Below, piece by piece: positions 48,324-58,826 of a stretch of 64,000 nt of DNA. The position numbers and the translations under genes were made by a program. The notes beneath the pieces were generated by a model that searched no databases, was not told where the DNA came from, and saw only the letters and a program-made list of their open reading frames with translations. This DNA comes from Paenibacillaceae bacterium (lineage in GTDB: Bacteria; Bacillota; Bacilli; Paenibacillales; UBA4045). The stretch spans positions 9,284 to 73,283 of the forward strand of contig JBBDTA010000137.1 in the NCBI GenBank assembly GCA_040904605.1, read 5' to 3'. How positions within the stretch are numbered: the stretch's first letter is position 1; each line of letters opens with the position of its first letter.

Positions 48324-48485
48324 ATGATGGACAGAAGCAAAGTGATTTCCGCCTATTTACGAGGCTTCATCACACTGAAGGAATGTGAACAGATTCTAGG
48401 TATAGACGCTTCATTCATACTAGGCATGATCCAGAACCATCGCTCGAATAATTCTGTGTCTATCCAACAATCGGCCAATCATTAA
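48324..48485 (+). CDS. Small hypothetical protein (53 aa); not in the ORF track
   Basis: ATG 48324 follows SD GAAGGGG. Translation: MMDRSKVISAYLRGFITLKECEQILGIDASFILGMIQNHRSNNSVSIQQSANH. A strong terminator follows. Confidence 0.5.
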   Translation: MMDRSKVISAYLRGFITLKECEQILGIDASFILGMIQNHRSNNSVSIQQSANH

Positions 48486-48503
48486 AATGTAGGTAGAATT
48501 CGA

Positions 48504-48537
48504 AAAAACCGTTGGAATAATTATTCCAACGGTTTTT
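48504..48537 (+). terminator. Intrinsic terminator
   Basis: A perfect hairpin, AAAAACCGTTGGAATAA/TTATTCCAACGGTTTTT. Confidence 0.85.
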
Positions 48538-48569
48538 AAAGGTGCGCTCGACATCAGAGCTCTGTTTTC

Positions 48570-48598
48570 TTGTCAAACCGCCCCCTCTATACTATAAT
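48570..48598 (+). promoter_or_regulatory. Sigma-A promoter of the aroC-aroB-aroH unit
   Basis: TTGTCA (48570-48575), 17-nt spacer, TATAAT (48593-48598). Confidence 0.6.
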
Positions 48599-48653
48599 GA
48601 GCAAAGAACATTGGGGTAAATCGGATATAGTCAAACGCGAGGGGGAAACGTTA

Positions 48654-49817
48654 GTGCGTTACTTAACTGCAGGTGAAACACATGGTCCACAGCTGACGGC
48701 CATCATTGAAGGTGTGCCTAGTAATATGAAGTTTTCATTTGAATTAATTAATGAACAATTACAGCGTAGACAGAAAGGCCATGGACGTGGTCAGAGAATG
48801 CAAATCGAGAAGGATGAAGCATCGGTTATGGGCGGTGTTCGTCACGGGAAGACAACAGGAGCGCCGATTGCTCTTATTATAGAGAACAAGGATTGGAAGC
48901 ATTGGACAACTGTCATGAATATTGAACCTATAGAGAGCGGTGACGAAGAAAAGCGTCGCGTTAACCGACCTCGCCCTGGTCACGCCGATCTGAATGGCGG
49001 CTTGAAGTATAATCTGACTGACTTGAGGAATGTATTGGAACGTTCAAGCGCGCGGGAGACCGCTGCACGTGTTGCCTGTGGCGCAGTCGCACGTATGCTT
49101 TTAGCAGAATTCGGTATCAAGGTAGCTGGTCAGGTCATCCGAATTGGTGAGGTTGAGGCGGAACGTCATGATCTTCCTCTTGATGAATTAATTGAGATTA
49201 CTGAGCAATCTCCTGTGCGTGTAGTTGATAAAGTAGCTGAGGCGAAGATGATCGAGCATATTGATCAGACCAAGAAAGACGGAGATTCAATCGGTGGAAT
49301 TGTTGAATGTATGGTTGAGGGTGTTCCCGTTGGACTTGGTAGTTATGTTCAGTGGGACCGCAAGCTGGACGGACGGATTGCACAAGCGGTTGTATCCATT
49401 AATGCATTCAAGGGCGTAGAATTCGGAATAGGCTTCGAGGCCGCTCAGAAGCCGGGATCACAAGTTCATGACGAAATTATGTATGCTAAGGAGCAAGGCT
49501 TCTATCGTGCTTCCAATCGTTTGGGTGGCTTTGAGGGTGGAATGACTACGGGTATGCCGATTGTTGTACGTGGTGTAATGAAACCGATACCGACCTTATA
49601 TAAACCTCTACAGAGTGTGGATATTGATACGAAGGAACCCTTTACTGCTCAAGTGGAGCGTTCCGATGCTTGTGCAGTTCCTGCGGCGAGTGTTGTGCTT
49701 GAAGCAGTAGTAGCTTGGGAAGTAGCAGTCTCCTTCCTTGAGAAGTTCGGTGGGGATTCTATCGAAGAGATTAGATCCAATTATCAGAGCTACCTAGCTC
49801 AAGTGGAGCGTTATTAA
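48654..49817 (+). CDS. aroC: Chorismate synthase
   Basis: GTG 48654 gives the canonical [15 protein letters not shown]-terminus and follows SD GAGGGGGA. The track's start at 48570 overlaps the promoter. Confidence 0.94.
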   Translation: MRYLTAGETHGPQLTAIIEGVPSNMKFSFELINEQLQRRQKGHGRGQRMQIEKDEASVMGGVRHGKTTGAPIALIIENKDWKHWTTVMNIEPIESGDEEKRRVNRPRPGHADLNGGLKYNLTDLRNVLERSSARETAARVACGAVARMLLAEFGIKVAGQVIRIGEVEAERHDLPLDELIEITEQSPVRVVDKVAEAKMIEHIDQTKKDGDSIGGIVECMVEGVPVGLGSYVQWDRKLDGRIAQAVVSINAFKGVEFGIGFEAAQKPGSQVHDEIMYAKEQGFYRASNRLGGFEGGMTTGMPIVVRGVMKPIPTLYKPLQSVDIDTKEPFTAQVERSDACAVPAASVVLEAVVAWEVAVSFLEKFGGDSIEEIRSNYQSYLAQVERY

Positions 49818-49818
49818 T

Positions 49819-50913
49819 ATGAGGCAGATCACAGTTGAGCTTGGTGAACGTTCATATCCAATTTATATTGGTGATGGGATATTGGAACGGATCGGGGAAT
49901 TTTTCGAAGCGCGTTCCATCTATAAACATTCGCCAGTGCTCATTATTACCGATGAACATGTGGCAGTGCAGCATTTGGACCGAGTATCCCTCTATCTGAA
50001 GCATGCCGGTTATAACGTACTTGTGAAAATTGTACCTCCAGGTGAGAGATCGAAATCCCTTGTTGTTCTCGAGGATGTCATCGGAGCGGCACTCCAAAGC
50101 GGACTAGATCGCCAGTCGACCATCATTGCTCTTGGCGGTGGAGTTGTAGGTGACTTAGCAGGATTTGTTGCTGCTAGTTATATGCGTGGGATTCGCTTTG
50201 TTCAGATTGCTACAACGATTCAAGCACATGATTCAAGTGTTGGCGGCAAAGTCGGGGTCAATCACCCATTGGCCAAGAATATTATTGGAGCGTTCCATCA
50301 GCCTGAGCTAGTAATATTCGATATCTCAACTCTACGTACGCTTCCAGAAAGAGAAATCCGCTCAGGCTTGTCTGAAGTTCTCAAGGAGGGCTTAATCTGG
50401 GATGCTGATTTCGTAGCCTGGTGTGACCAGAATACGGAAGCATTACTCGCACTGAATTCAGATGCGTTACAGCACGCTTTATATGAGGGAATTCGCATTA
50501 AAGCCAATGTTGTTTCGTTAGATGAGCGTGAGAATGACATGCGAGCTATATTGAATTTGGGACATACGATAGGACATGCTCTTGAAGCCGTTGCGGGTTA
50601 TAATAAGCTGCTTCATGGAGAAGCGATATCCATTGGTATGGTTGGTGCTGCCAAGCTCGCAGTGCGTTTGGGAAGCCCGGAAATTGTATACATAGAGACG
50701 AAGAGACTATTGACTAATCTCGGTCTACCTGTAAGATTGCCAGAGCATCTAGATACAGATGAGATTATGAGTGCGATGATGCATGATAAGAAATTCAAAG
50801 AAGGTCAGATGGTATTCGTCCTACCTACTGCGATTGGGACAGTGGAGATTCGTAAAGGTGTTCAAGCGGAGATAGTTAGAGAAGTGCTAACTGAGTTGAA
50901 ACGGGAGGTTTAA
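49819..50913 (+). CDS. aroB: 3-dehydroquinate synthase
   Basis: 364 aa with GGGVVGDLAGF and LNLGHTIGHA motifs. Confidence 0.95.
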   Translation: MRQITVELGERSYPIYIGDGILERIGEFFEARSIYKHSPVLIITDEHVAVQHLDRVSLYLKHAGYNVLVKIVPPGERSKSLVVLEDVIGAALQSGLDRQSTIIALGGGVVGDLAGFVAASYMRGIRFVQIATTIQAHDSSVGGKVGVNHPLAKNIIGAFHQPELVIFDISTLRTLPEREIRSGLSEVLKEGLIWDADFVAWCDQNTEALLALNSDALQHALYEGIRIKANVVSLDERENDMRAILNLGHTIGHALEAVAGYNKLLHGEAISIGMVGAAKLAVRLGSPEIVYIETKRLLTNLGLPVRLPEHLDTDEIMSAMMHDKKFKEGQMVFVLPTAIGTVEIRKGVQAEIVREVLTELKREV

Positions 50914-50916
50914 TAT

Positions 50917-51294
50917 ATGAAGGTCAGGGGAATTCGTGGAGCTACGACAGTTGTTCATAATGAAGCTGAGGAAATTCTTGCTTCAACGGCGGAGCTACTC
51001 AATCAGATCATTGCAGAGAACGATATTGAACCAGAGGATATATGTAGTGTATTCGTCACGACGACACATGATTTGGACGCTACATTCCCTGCACGAGCCA
51101 TTCGTCAGATGCAAGGCTGGGAGCTAGTTCCCTTAATGTGCTCATTGGAGATTGCTGTTAAGAACAGCTTGGAGAAATGTGTTCGTCTAATGGTTCTGGT
51201 GAATACATACAAAAACCAGAATGAAATCCATCATGTATATCTGAATCGTGCGAGTATTCTTCGTCCAGACCTTAAAGAGAAGTCGAACCATTGA
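50917..51294 (+). CDS. aroH: Chorismate mutase, AroH class
   Basis: 125 aa with the VRGIRGATT N-terminus. Confidence 0.9.
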   Translation: MKVRGIRGATTVVHNEAEEILASTAELLNQIIAENDIEPEDICSVFVTTTHDLDATFPARAIRQMQGWELVPLMCSLEIAVKNSLEKCVRLMVLVNTYKNQNEIHHVYLNRASILRPDLKEKSNH

Positions 51295-51306
51295 TGAATC
51301 TAAGGG

Positions 51307-51336
51307 TTGACGGTGTTGAGTAGCGTATTGTATAGT
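51307..51336 (+). promoter_or_regulatory. Sigma-A promoter of the trp operon
   Basis: TTGACG (51307-51312), 18-nt spacer, TATAGT (51331-51336). Confidence 0.6.
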
Positions 51337-51341
51337 AATGA

Positions 51342-51389
51342 CAGCAGAGTTGAGTAGAGTTTAGTTGAGGATAGATGAGTTGAGCTGAG
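51342..51389 (+). promoter_or_regulatory. TRAP-binding (G/U)AG triplet array in the trp leader
   Basis: GAG/TAG triplets start at 51347, 52, 57, 62, 67, 72, 77, 82 and 87, each separated by exactly 2 nt. A CAG sits in phase at 51342. The mtrB gene is present in the window. Confidence 0.85.
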
Positions 51390-51488
51390 TATGCAGGCAC
51401 GCCAATACTTTGTTAGGAACCAGCCTTTAATAAAGCTGCGTTTTCTATTCTTTTGTATTCGGCACAAACCATCTTAAACTGAACCTCT

Positions 51489-51516
51489 CCTCTACGATGA
51501 TGTAGAGGTTTTTTAT
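51489..51516 (+). terminator. trp leader attenuator (intrinsic terminator)
   Basis: CCTCTAC-GATGAT-GTAGAGG is followed by TTTTTTATT, 24 nt before the trpE start. Confidence 0.75.
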
Positions 51517-51539
51517 TATATTAAAAAGGAGTGATTTTC

Positions 51540-53099
51540 ATGTACAGCCCAGAACTTACTGAAGTAATCCGACTAGCACAGAAGCACAATCTGATTCCAA
51601 TCGCTAGGACATTGATGGCTGATACCGAAACACCGATCCGTGTGTTCCAGCACTTGTATCGTGAGCCGCGAGCTTTCCTGCTTGAAAGTGTTGAGGGTGG
51701 TGTGAAATGGGCTAGATATTCCTTTATCGGTACAGATCCATTCCTAATTGTACGGGGTAAGAATGGGACGATGGAGGTTGAGCATGATGGTGTTCGCACA
51801 CAATATGACGAAAAACCGATTGAGTTAGTTAAGTCACTGCTTCGTTCATATTCTAGCCCTGCGCTTACAGAATTACCTCCGTTTACCGGAGGAGCAATTG
51901 GCTTCTTCGGATATGATTTGCTGCAATATTATGAGAAATTGCCTGCACACCGCATTGATGACTTGCAGATGGATGATGTTCACTTTATGTTCTGCGATCA
52001 GATCATCGTATTCGATCACTTCAAGCAACAGATGAAGGTCATTGCCAATGTACATGCGAAATCCGGCGCAACAGAAGAAGATATTGCTGCCGCTTATGAA
52101 ACGGCATGTCAGCGAATTGAAGCAATGATAGAAAGGCTGAAGAGACCAACGATGCTAGATCATACCGTCGTGGGATCGATTCCTGAGGATGTGGATATCG
52201 GACAATTTCAATCGAATATGACCAAGGAGCAATATATAGACCGGGTCATTCAAGCGAAGGAATACATTAGTGCTGGCGATATTTTCCAAGTTGTTCTATC
52301 CCAGCGATTTCATATTGAAACAGACATTTCCCCCTTGCATGTATATCGAGTACTGAGAACGATGAATCCTTCTCCATATATGTATTATTTGAAATTTGAT
52401 GATGAAGTGATTGTTGGAACTTCTCCCGAAATGCTCGTTAAGGTGGATGAAGGTCGCGTGGAGACGAGACCGATAGCCGGCACAAGGCCGCGTGGGGAAA
52501 CACCAGCGAGGGATCTTGAGTTGGAGCAAGAGCTGCTCGCCGATGAGAAGGAACGAGCAGAGCATCTTATGCTTGTTGATCTTGGAAGGAACGACATAGG
52601 AAGAGTTGCGGAATTTGGTTCGGTTCATTGTGATTCGTATATGGAGGTTGAGCGATATTCCCATGTCATGCATATCGTCTCGAATGTAACCGGGAAGCTG
52701 CGTGAGGATAAAGACTTCTTCGATGCCTTTATATCCTGTATGCCAGCTGGCACTGTCTCTGGGGCACCCAAGCTAAGAGCGATGGGTATTATTGCTGAAT
52801 TAGAGAATGAAGCTCGTGGTGCGTACGCGGGTGCCATCGGATACTTAGGCTTCTCAGGGAACTTGAATACGTGTATTACTATTCGCACTATCATCTTTAA
52901 GAACGGTAAAGCATATGTTCAGGCTGGAGCAGGTATTGTCTATGATTCTGTGCCTGAGAGTGAATATACAGAAACCGTGAATAAAGCCAAAGCGCTCTTG
53001 AAGGCCATTCGTACAGCAGAAGCGATCTTTCGTCCTGTGAGCAATACGGATAAATATATTACGAATTCTGATTACTATCTTTCTTTAGGGAGGTCTTGA
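51540..53099 (+). CDS. trpE: Anthranilate synthase component I
   Basis: About 519 aa of the chorismate-binding family. ATG 51540 lies 9 nt after SD AAAGGAG. Confidence 0.95.
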   Translation: MYSPELTEVIRLAQKHNLIPIARTLMADTETPIRVFQHLYREPRAFLLESVEGGVKWARYSFIGTDPFLIVRGKNGTMEVEHDGVRTQYDEKPIELVKSLLRSYSSPALTELPPFTGGAIGFFGYDLLQYYEKLPAHRIDDLQMDDVHFMFCDQIIVFDHFKQQMKVIANVHAKSGATEEDIAAAYETACQRIEAMIERLKRPTMLDHTVVGSIPEDVDIGQFQSNMTKEQYIDRVIQAKEYISAGDIFQVVLSQRFHIETDISPLHVYRVLRTMNPSPYMYYLKFDDEVIVGTSPEMLVKVDEGRVETRPIAGTRPRGETPARDLELEQELLADEKERAEHLMLVDLGRNDIGRVAEFGSVHCDSYMEVERYSHVMHIVSNVTGKLREDKDFFDAFISCMPAGTVSGAPKLRAMGIIAELENEARGAYAGAIGYLGFSGNLNTCITIRTIIFKNGKAYVQAGAGIVYDSVPESEYTETVNKAKALLKAIRTAEAIFRPVSNTDKYITNSDYYLSLGRS

Positions 53100-54142
53100 G
53101 CTTGGCAGAGAAATCAATGATTCAAGAAGCGATTGCACGTATTGTAGATGGAGAGCATCTTACTCGAGTTGAAGCGCAAGCCGTAATGAATGACATTATG
53201 GACGGCTTAGGAACGCCAGCACAAATCGGCAGTCTGGTTACAGCAATGCGAATAAAGGGCGAAACCATACAGGAAATCACAGGATTCGCTGATAGTATGA
53301 GGAGTAAATCGCATCGAGTAGAAACGGAAAGACTCAATCTATTAGATACATGTGGCACGGGTGGTGATGGAGCAAACACCTTCAATATCTCAACAGCATC
53401 TGCGATTGTAGCTGCAGCAGGTGGTATTCGTACTGCGAAGCATGGGAATAGGGCCATGTCGAGCAAAAGTGGCAGCGCCGACGTCCTAGAAGCGTTGGGT
53501 GTGAACATCACATTAAATAGTGTGGAAGCGTCCCGTTGTTTAACCCATGTTGGCATTTGTTTCATGTTCGCTCAGGTATATCATCAATCCATGAAGTATG
53601 CTGCTGGTCCCCGCCGCGAAATTGGCATTCGCAACATATTCAACATGCTAGGCCCATTGACTAATCCAGCAGGGGCGGATCGTCAGCTGCTAGGTGTGTT
53701 CGAACGGAGCAAAACTGAGATTATTGCTCATGTTCTACATGAATTAAAGCTCAAGCGAGGTTTAGTTGTATCCAGCCATGACGGGTTAGATGAGATCAGT
53801 ATCTCAGCACCGACACAAATTTCCGAGCTGAAGAATGGTGAGATCCGCACTTATGATATTACACCGGATGAACTTGGTCTTCGAACCTACCAGCTAGGTG
53901 ACATTGCTGGCGGTGACGCACAGGATAATGCGAATATTATTCTAGATGTATTAAAAGGCAATAAAGGCGCTCATAGAGATATCGTACTGGCGAATGCCGG
54001 GGGTTGCTTCTATGTTGCTGACCGATGTTCATCGCTTGCTGAGGGTGTTAAGCTGGCGGCTGAAGCCATTGATTCCGGTAAAGCGGAAGCTAAATTAAAT
54101 GAACTTATTCAATTCACAGGAGAATTTAACCATGTATCTTAA
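53096..54142 (+). CDS. trpD: Anthranilate phosphoribosyltransferase
   Basis: 348 aa with CGTGGDG and KHGNRA motifs and a TTG start after GGGAGG. Confidence 0.95.
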   Translation: MSLAEKSMIQEAIARIVDGEHLTRVEAQAVMNDIMDGLGTPAQIGSLVTAMRIKGETIQEITGFADSMRSKSHRVETERLNLLDTCGTGGDGANTFNISTASAIVAAAGGIRTAKHGNRAMSSKSGSADVLEALGVNITLNSVEASRCLTHVGICFMFAQVYHQSMKYAAGPRREIGIRNIFNMLGPLTNPAGADRQLLGVFERSKTEIIAHVLHELKLKRGLVVSSHDGLDEISISAPTQISELKNGEIRTYDITPDELGLRTYQLGDIAGGDAQDNANIILDVLKGNKGAHRDIVLANAGGCFYVADRCSSLAEGVKLAAEAIDSGKAEAKLNELIQFTGEFNHVS

Positions 54143-54947
54143 TCGAATTATCGCCACCAAACGAGATGAAGTTAAACAGCTGAAGGAAAGGATCACCCTT
54201 CAGGATTTAGAATCCATCATCTCTACACAATCTCCTACACGTGGATTTGAGAAGGCATTAAGGGGGCCTAATCGAACAGCCATGGGTTTAATAGCCGAAG
54301 TGAAGAAGGCATCACCTTCCAAAGGGTTAATCCGAGCAGACTTTAATCCGGTACACATCGCCCAAGCTTATGAGCTAGCGGGTGCTGATTGTCTATCTGT
54401 TCTCACGGATGAGCAGTATTTTCAAGGCTCGAATACCTACTTGCAGCAAGTAAAAGAAGCGGTAAAGCTGCCGCTATTACGCAAGGATTTTACCATTGAT
54501 GAGCTACAGATTTATGAAGCGCGAGCGATCGGTGCAGATGCTATTCTGCTTATTGCTGCTATATTAACAACGGATCAGTTGCACCAATATATTCGCAAAG
54601 CTCGTGAATTGCAGCTGGATGTACTGGTTGAGGTTCATAATCAGTTTGAATTGGAGCGGGTCCTTGAGCTAGATGTAACATTAATTGGTATTAATAATCG
54701 CAATTTGAAAACCTTCATAACGGATCTCTCAACTACAGAGCAATTAATTAGTATGATTCCAACAGGAGTAATAAGGGTAAGTGAAAGTGGTATAACTTTA
54801 CCAGAAGAGATCAATTACCTGTCCTCTGTAGGTGCAGATGCCGTATTAGTCGGTGAGCACTTCATGCGGCAACCTGACATAGGCCTAGCTGTGAACGAGC
54901 TGTTAGGTGCTGCTGCTCAGCTCAAGAAGGAGCGAGGTAAATCATGA
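54132..54947 (+). CDS. trpC: Indole-3-glycerol phosphate synthase
   Basis: ATG 54132 gives the MYLNRIIATKRDEV N-terminus (SD AGGAGA). Contains the EVKKASPSKG motif. Confidence 0.94.
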   Translation: MYLNRIIATKRDEVKQLKERITLQDLESIISTQSPTRGFEKALRGPNRTAMGLIAEVKKASPSKGLIRADFNPVHIAQAYELAGADCLSVLTDEQYFQGSNTYLQQVKEAVKLPLLRKDFTIDELQIYEARAIGADAILLIAAILTTDQLHQYIRKARELQLDVLVEVHNQFELERVLELDVTLIGINNRNLKTFITDLSTTEQLISMIPTGVIRVSESGITLPEEINYLSSVGADAVLVGEHFMRQPDIGLAVNELLGAAAQLKKERGKS

Positions 54948-55621
54948 ATGCAACTAAACCTACGATAAAAATTTGCGGTTTGCGTACCATTCCAATGGTA
55001 GTATCTTTGGGTACACTAGCGATAGACGATGTAGGATTTGTATTTGCATCAGGCAAGAGGACAGTAACCGCAGAGTTCGCGGGAACCATGATCAAGGCAC
55101 TACGATTGACTGGCAGCTTCGCAAGAGCTGTAGGTGTATTCGAAAATCCTTCGTTGGATATGTTAGCTGAGACACTTAAAGCTGCTCCGTTAGATGTGCT
55201 GCAGCTCCACGGGCAGGAATCACCTGAATTCTGTAAGGAAGTCAAACAAAGGTTTAACGGCATTGCAATATGTAAAGTATTCTCTGTGAAGAACGAGGTT
55301 GATCAGATGGCAATAGCCAGTCAATTGGATCCATATCAAGGTTTATGCGACTCGATCTTGCTGGATACCTATGACCCGCACGTCGGCGGTGGAACTGGAG
55401 AAACCTTCGCTTGGAATCTTATACCTACTTATCAAGCATGGGCTGTAGAAGCGGGTATACCGCTTATCATAGCAGGCGGTCTGAAGCCGGATAATGTAGG
55501 CGAATTGGTGAAGATCTATAAGCCGGATGGTGTTGACGTATCAAGCGGTGTGGAGACAGATGGAATGAAGGATATACTCTTAATAAAAGCATTTATCGAA
55601 AGGGTGAGACAGCATGATTAG
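54944..55621 (+). CDS. trpF: Phosphoribosylanthranilate isomerase
   Basis: 225 aa with IKICGL and LQLHG motifs. ATGA overlap with trpC. Confidence 0.92.
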   Translation: MNATKPTIKICGLRTIPMVVSLGTLAIDDVGFVFASGKRTVTAEFAGTMIKALRLTGSFARAVGVFENPSLDMLAETLKAAPLDVLQLHGQESPEFCKEVKQRFNGIAICKVFSVKNEVDQMAIASQLDPYQGLCDSILLDTYDPHVGGGTGETFAWNLIPTYQAWAVEAGIPLIIAGGLKPDNVGELVKIYKPDGVDVSSGVETDGMKDILLIKAFIERVRQHD

Positions 55622-56822
55622 TAATGTACCTGACGAACAAGGTCGATTCGGCAAATTCGGAGGAAGATTCGTCCCTGAGACACTGATGAATGCTCTGCTC
55701 GAGCTAGAGGAAGCGTACAAGCATTATTCTAAGGATCCTGGGTTTATTGAGGAGATCCGATACTTGCAACAGCAATATTCAGGACGACCTACTCCCCTGT
55801 ATTATGCAGATCGACTCACTCAATTACTAGGTGGAGCCAAAATTTATCTAAAGCGAGAGGATTTAAACCATACAGGCGCACACAAAATTAATAATGCGAT
55901 TGGTCAGGCGATTCTGGCCAAGCGTATGGGCAAGACCAAGATTATTGCTGAGACAGGTGCTGGACAGCACGGTGTAGCATCTGCAACAGTTGCAGCATTG
56001 CTCGGTATGGAATGTAAGGTATTCATGGGAGAAGAGGATACCAAGCGACAGAAGCTGAATGTGTTCCGAATGAAGCTACTAGGAGCAGAAGTGATTCCAG
56101 TGATGTCAGGCACTCGCACATTGAAGGATGCTTGTAATGAAACACTTCGATATTGGGTAAGTAATGTGCAGGATACGTATTATATTCTTGGTTCAGCTAC
56201 AGGTCCACATCCTTATCCGATGATGGTTCGTGATTTCCAAAGAGTAATTGGAGATGAAACGAAGCTGCAGATTATGGAAAGTGAAGGCAGACTACCCGAT
56301 GCATTAGTCGCATGTGTAGGTGGTGGAAGTAATGCAGCAGGTATGTTCTATCCATTCGTGGATAATCAATCAGTCCGTCTAATCGGAGCGGAAGCAGCGG
56401 GTAAAGGGATTGATACGAATGAGCATGCTGCTACAATGACGATGGGAACACCTGGTGTATTCCAAGGCTCAATGAGCTATCTCCTACAAGATGAATTTGG
56501 CCAGGTATTGCCAGCGCATTCTATCTCAGCGGGTCTAGATTACCCTGGGATCGGACCGGAGCATTCATATCTGAAAGAAATCAAGCGTGCCGAATATTAC
56601 CCGATCACCGATCAAGAAGCACTTGATGCCTTGCAGCTATTATGCCGAATTGAGGGCATTATTCCTGCACTAGAAAGTGCGCATGCTGTTGCCCAGACGA
56701 TGAAGCTTGCACCTACGATGAGTAAGGATGAGATCATCGTGATCAGCCTGTCAGGCCGTGGAGATAAAGACGTAGAATCGATTCAGGCATATCTAGGAGG
56801 TGAGCTGAATGAATCGCATTGA
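55614..56822 (+). CDS. trpB: Tryptophan synthase beta chain
   Basis: 402 aa with the [12 protein letters not shown]-lysine motif. Confidence 0.97.
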   Translation: MISNVPDEQGRFGKFGGRFVPETLMNALLELEEAYKHYSKDPGFIEEIRYLQQQYSGRPTPLYYADRLTQLLGGAKIYLKREDLNHTGAHKINNAIGQAILAKRMGKTKIIAETGAGQHGVASATVAALLGMECKVFMGEEDTKRQKLNVFRMKLLGAEVIPVMSGTRTLKDACNETLRYWVSNVQDTYYILGSATGPHPYPMMVRDFQRVIGDETKLQIMESEGRLPDALVACVGGGSNAAGMFYPFVDNQSVRLIGAEAAGKGIDTNEHAATMTMGTPGVFQGSMSYLLQDEFGQVLPAHSISAGLDYPGIGPEHSYLKEIKRAEYYPITDQEALDALQLLCRIEGIIPALESAHAVAQTMKLAPTMSKDEIIVISLSGRGDKDVESIQAYLGGELNESH

Positions 56823-57618
56823 TGAAGTATTCATTAAGCTGAGGGAACAGAAACGTGCGGCGCTCATTCCCTTCTTGACCTTAGGAGATCCCGATGTGGA
56901 TACATCGATCGAAATTATCCAGCAGCTTGAGTTAGCTGGAGCAGATATGATTGAGTTAGGTGTACCCTACTCAGATCCACTAGCTGATGGCCCTGTCATA
57001 CAACGGGCATCTCAGCGGGCTCTGGAGAATGGAATTAGTATATTGGATTGTATTGGAGCAGCGACAAGAGCGAGAGAAATGGGCGTGAAGGTGCCATTCA
57101 TTCTTTTTACATACTACAACCCAATATTACAGCTGGGTTTGGAACGGTTTTTCCGACTATTAGCTGAGAATGAAATCAGTGGCATGATCATACCTGATCT
57201 TCCTTACGAGGAGGATGGGGAGGCTAGGAAGCTATCCGAACAGCATAACATTCACTTGATTCCACTAGTAGCACCAACATCGAATGAACGCGTACGTCAA
57301 ATTTCGGCGAAAGCAGCTGGATTTGTTTATTGTGTATCCTCACTGGGTGTAACTGGAGTTCGTACCGAATTCTATGCGGGCATTGATCAATTTCTGCAAA
57401 CCGTTCGCGAATCGACTACACTGCCTATTGCAGTTGGCTTCGGTGTATCGACTAACGAGCATTTCCGTGCTTTCGCTAAGAAGAGTGATGGAGTTATCGT
57501 AGGTAGTGCTATTGTGCGGACTATTGAAGAGGTATTGCCATTATTAAAAAATCCTGATACTAAGGCAGAAGGCTTACAATTTATTCGAAAATTCGTGAGT
57601 GAATTAAAAGGAAGTTGA
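56809..57618 (+). CDS. trpA: Tryptophan synthase alpha chain
   Basis: 269 aa of the TrpA family ([17 protein letters not shown]). Confidence 0.96.
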   Translation: MNRIDEVFIKLREQKRAALIPFLTLGDPDVDTSIEIIQQLELAGADMIELGVPYSDPLADGPVIQRASQRALENGISILDCIGAATRAREMGVKVPFILFTYYNPILQLGLERFFRLLAENEISGMIIPDLPYEEDGEARKLSEQHNIHLIPLVAPTSNERVRQISAKAAGFVYCVSSLGVTGVRTEFYAGIDQFLQTVRESTTLPIAVGFGVSTNEHFRAFAKKSDGVIVGSAIVRTIEEVLPLLKNPDTKAEGLQFIRKFVSELKGS

Positions 57619-57693
57619 TTTGACTCATTACCAGAATAAACTGGTATGCTTGATCTTTATAAGGTATTATATTGTAACGAAGGAGTGATTGTC

Positions 57694-58800
57694 TTGGTCA
57701 GACCTAAAGCGAATATTATTCATCTGAATGCCTATCAACCAGGCAAACCGATTGAAGAAGTTAAACGGGAGCTGGGGCTTACTGATATTACCAAGTTGGC
57801 TTCCAATGAGAATCCTTTCGGTTGTTCGGAAAAAGCTAAACAAGCAATTGTAGCAGAGCTTGGTAATAGCAGCTTGTATCCGGATGGTGCAAGTCAAGAA
57901 TTGACCGCAGTTGTTGCGGAACATTTAGGAGTTTCATCTAACCAGATCATATTCGGAGCGGGATCAGATGAGATTATCCTTATGATTGCGCGTGCGTATT
58001 TCGTTGCTGGTGATGAAACCGTAATGGCCACACATACTTTTCCACAATATAAGCATAATTCTGAAATCGAAGGAGCGCACAGCATCGAAGTCCCGCTCGT
58101 AGATGGTGTTCATAATTTAATGGGCATGCTAGCGGCGATTACTCCTAAGACGAAGATTGTTTGGATATGTAATCCTAACAATCCGACTGGGACGATGGTT
58201 ACTCATCTTCAGGTGAAAGCCTTCCTGGAACAAGTCAGTTCAGATGTGCTGATCGTGCTAGACGAAGCGTATTGCGAATATAACACGTCACCTGAATTTC
58301 CGGATGGTCTACAATTGTTGAAGTCTCATCAGAACCTGATCTTACTTCGCACATTCTCTAAGATATATGGGTTAGCGTCGCTTCGAATTGGTTACGGCAT
58401 TGGGCATCCAGAGGTAATCCGCATGATTAATCAAGTGCGTGAACCATTCAATACAAGTCGATTTGCCCAAGTTGCTGCTAAAGCTGCTATACAGGACCAA
58501 GAATTCGTTGGTGCTTGTAAGGAACAGAATGCGATGGGGATTAAATACTTGAACGATCAATTCACTAGACTAGGATTAAGAGCATACCCAGCCTATGGAA
58601 ACTTCATTATGGTGGACACCGACAAACCGGCAGATAGAGTATTCCAAGGCTTACTGGAGCTTGGTTTCATTGTTCGTGGGGGTCATCAGCTTGATTTCCC
58701 AACTTCCATTAGGGTCACTGTAGGTAGCACCGAGCAGAATGCCAAATTTATTGTTGCTCTGGAGCGGGTTCTGAATAATAATACAGTAGATGTGAACTAA
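57694..58800 (+). CDS. hisC: Histidinol-phosphate / aromatic aminotransferase
   Basis: Class-II aminotransferase with FSKIYGLA PLP-lysine motif. TTG 57694 lies 7 nt after SD GAAGGAG. Confidence 0.9.
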   Translation: MVRPKANIIHLNAYQPGKPIEEVKRELGLTDITKLASNENPFGCSEKAKQAIVAELGNSSLYPDGASQELTAVVAEHLGVSSNQIIFGAGSDEIILMIARAYFVAGDETVMATHTFPQYKHNSEIEGAHSIEVPLVDGVHNLMGMLAAITPKTKIVWICNPNNPTGTMVTHLQVKAFLEQVSSDVLIVLDEAYCEYNTSPEFPDGLQLLKSHQNLILLRTFSKIYGLASLRIGYGIGHPEVIRMINQVREPFNTSRFAQVAAKAAIQDQEFVGACKEQNAMGIKYLNDQFTRLGLRAYPAYGNFIMVDTDKPADRVFQGLLELGFIVRGGHQLDFPTSIRVTVGSTEQNAKFIVALERVLNNNTVDVN

Positions 58801-58826
58801 GCTGTCTTCAGTGCAATTCTTAAGGA

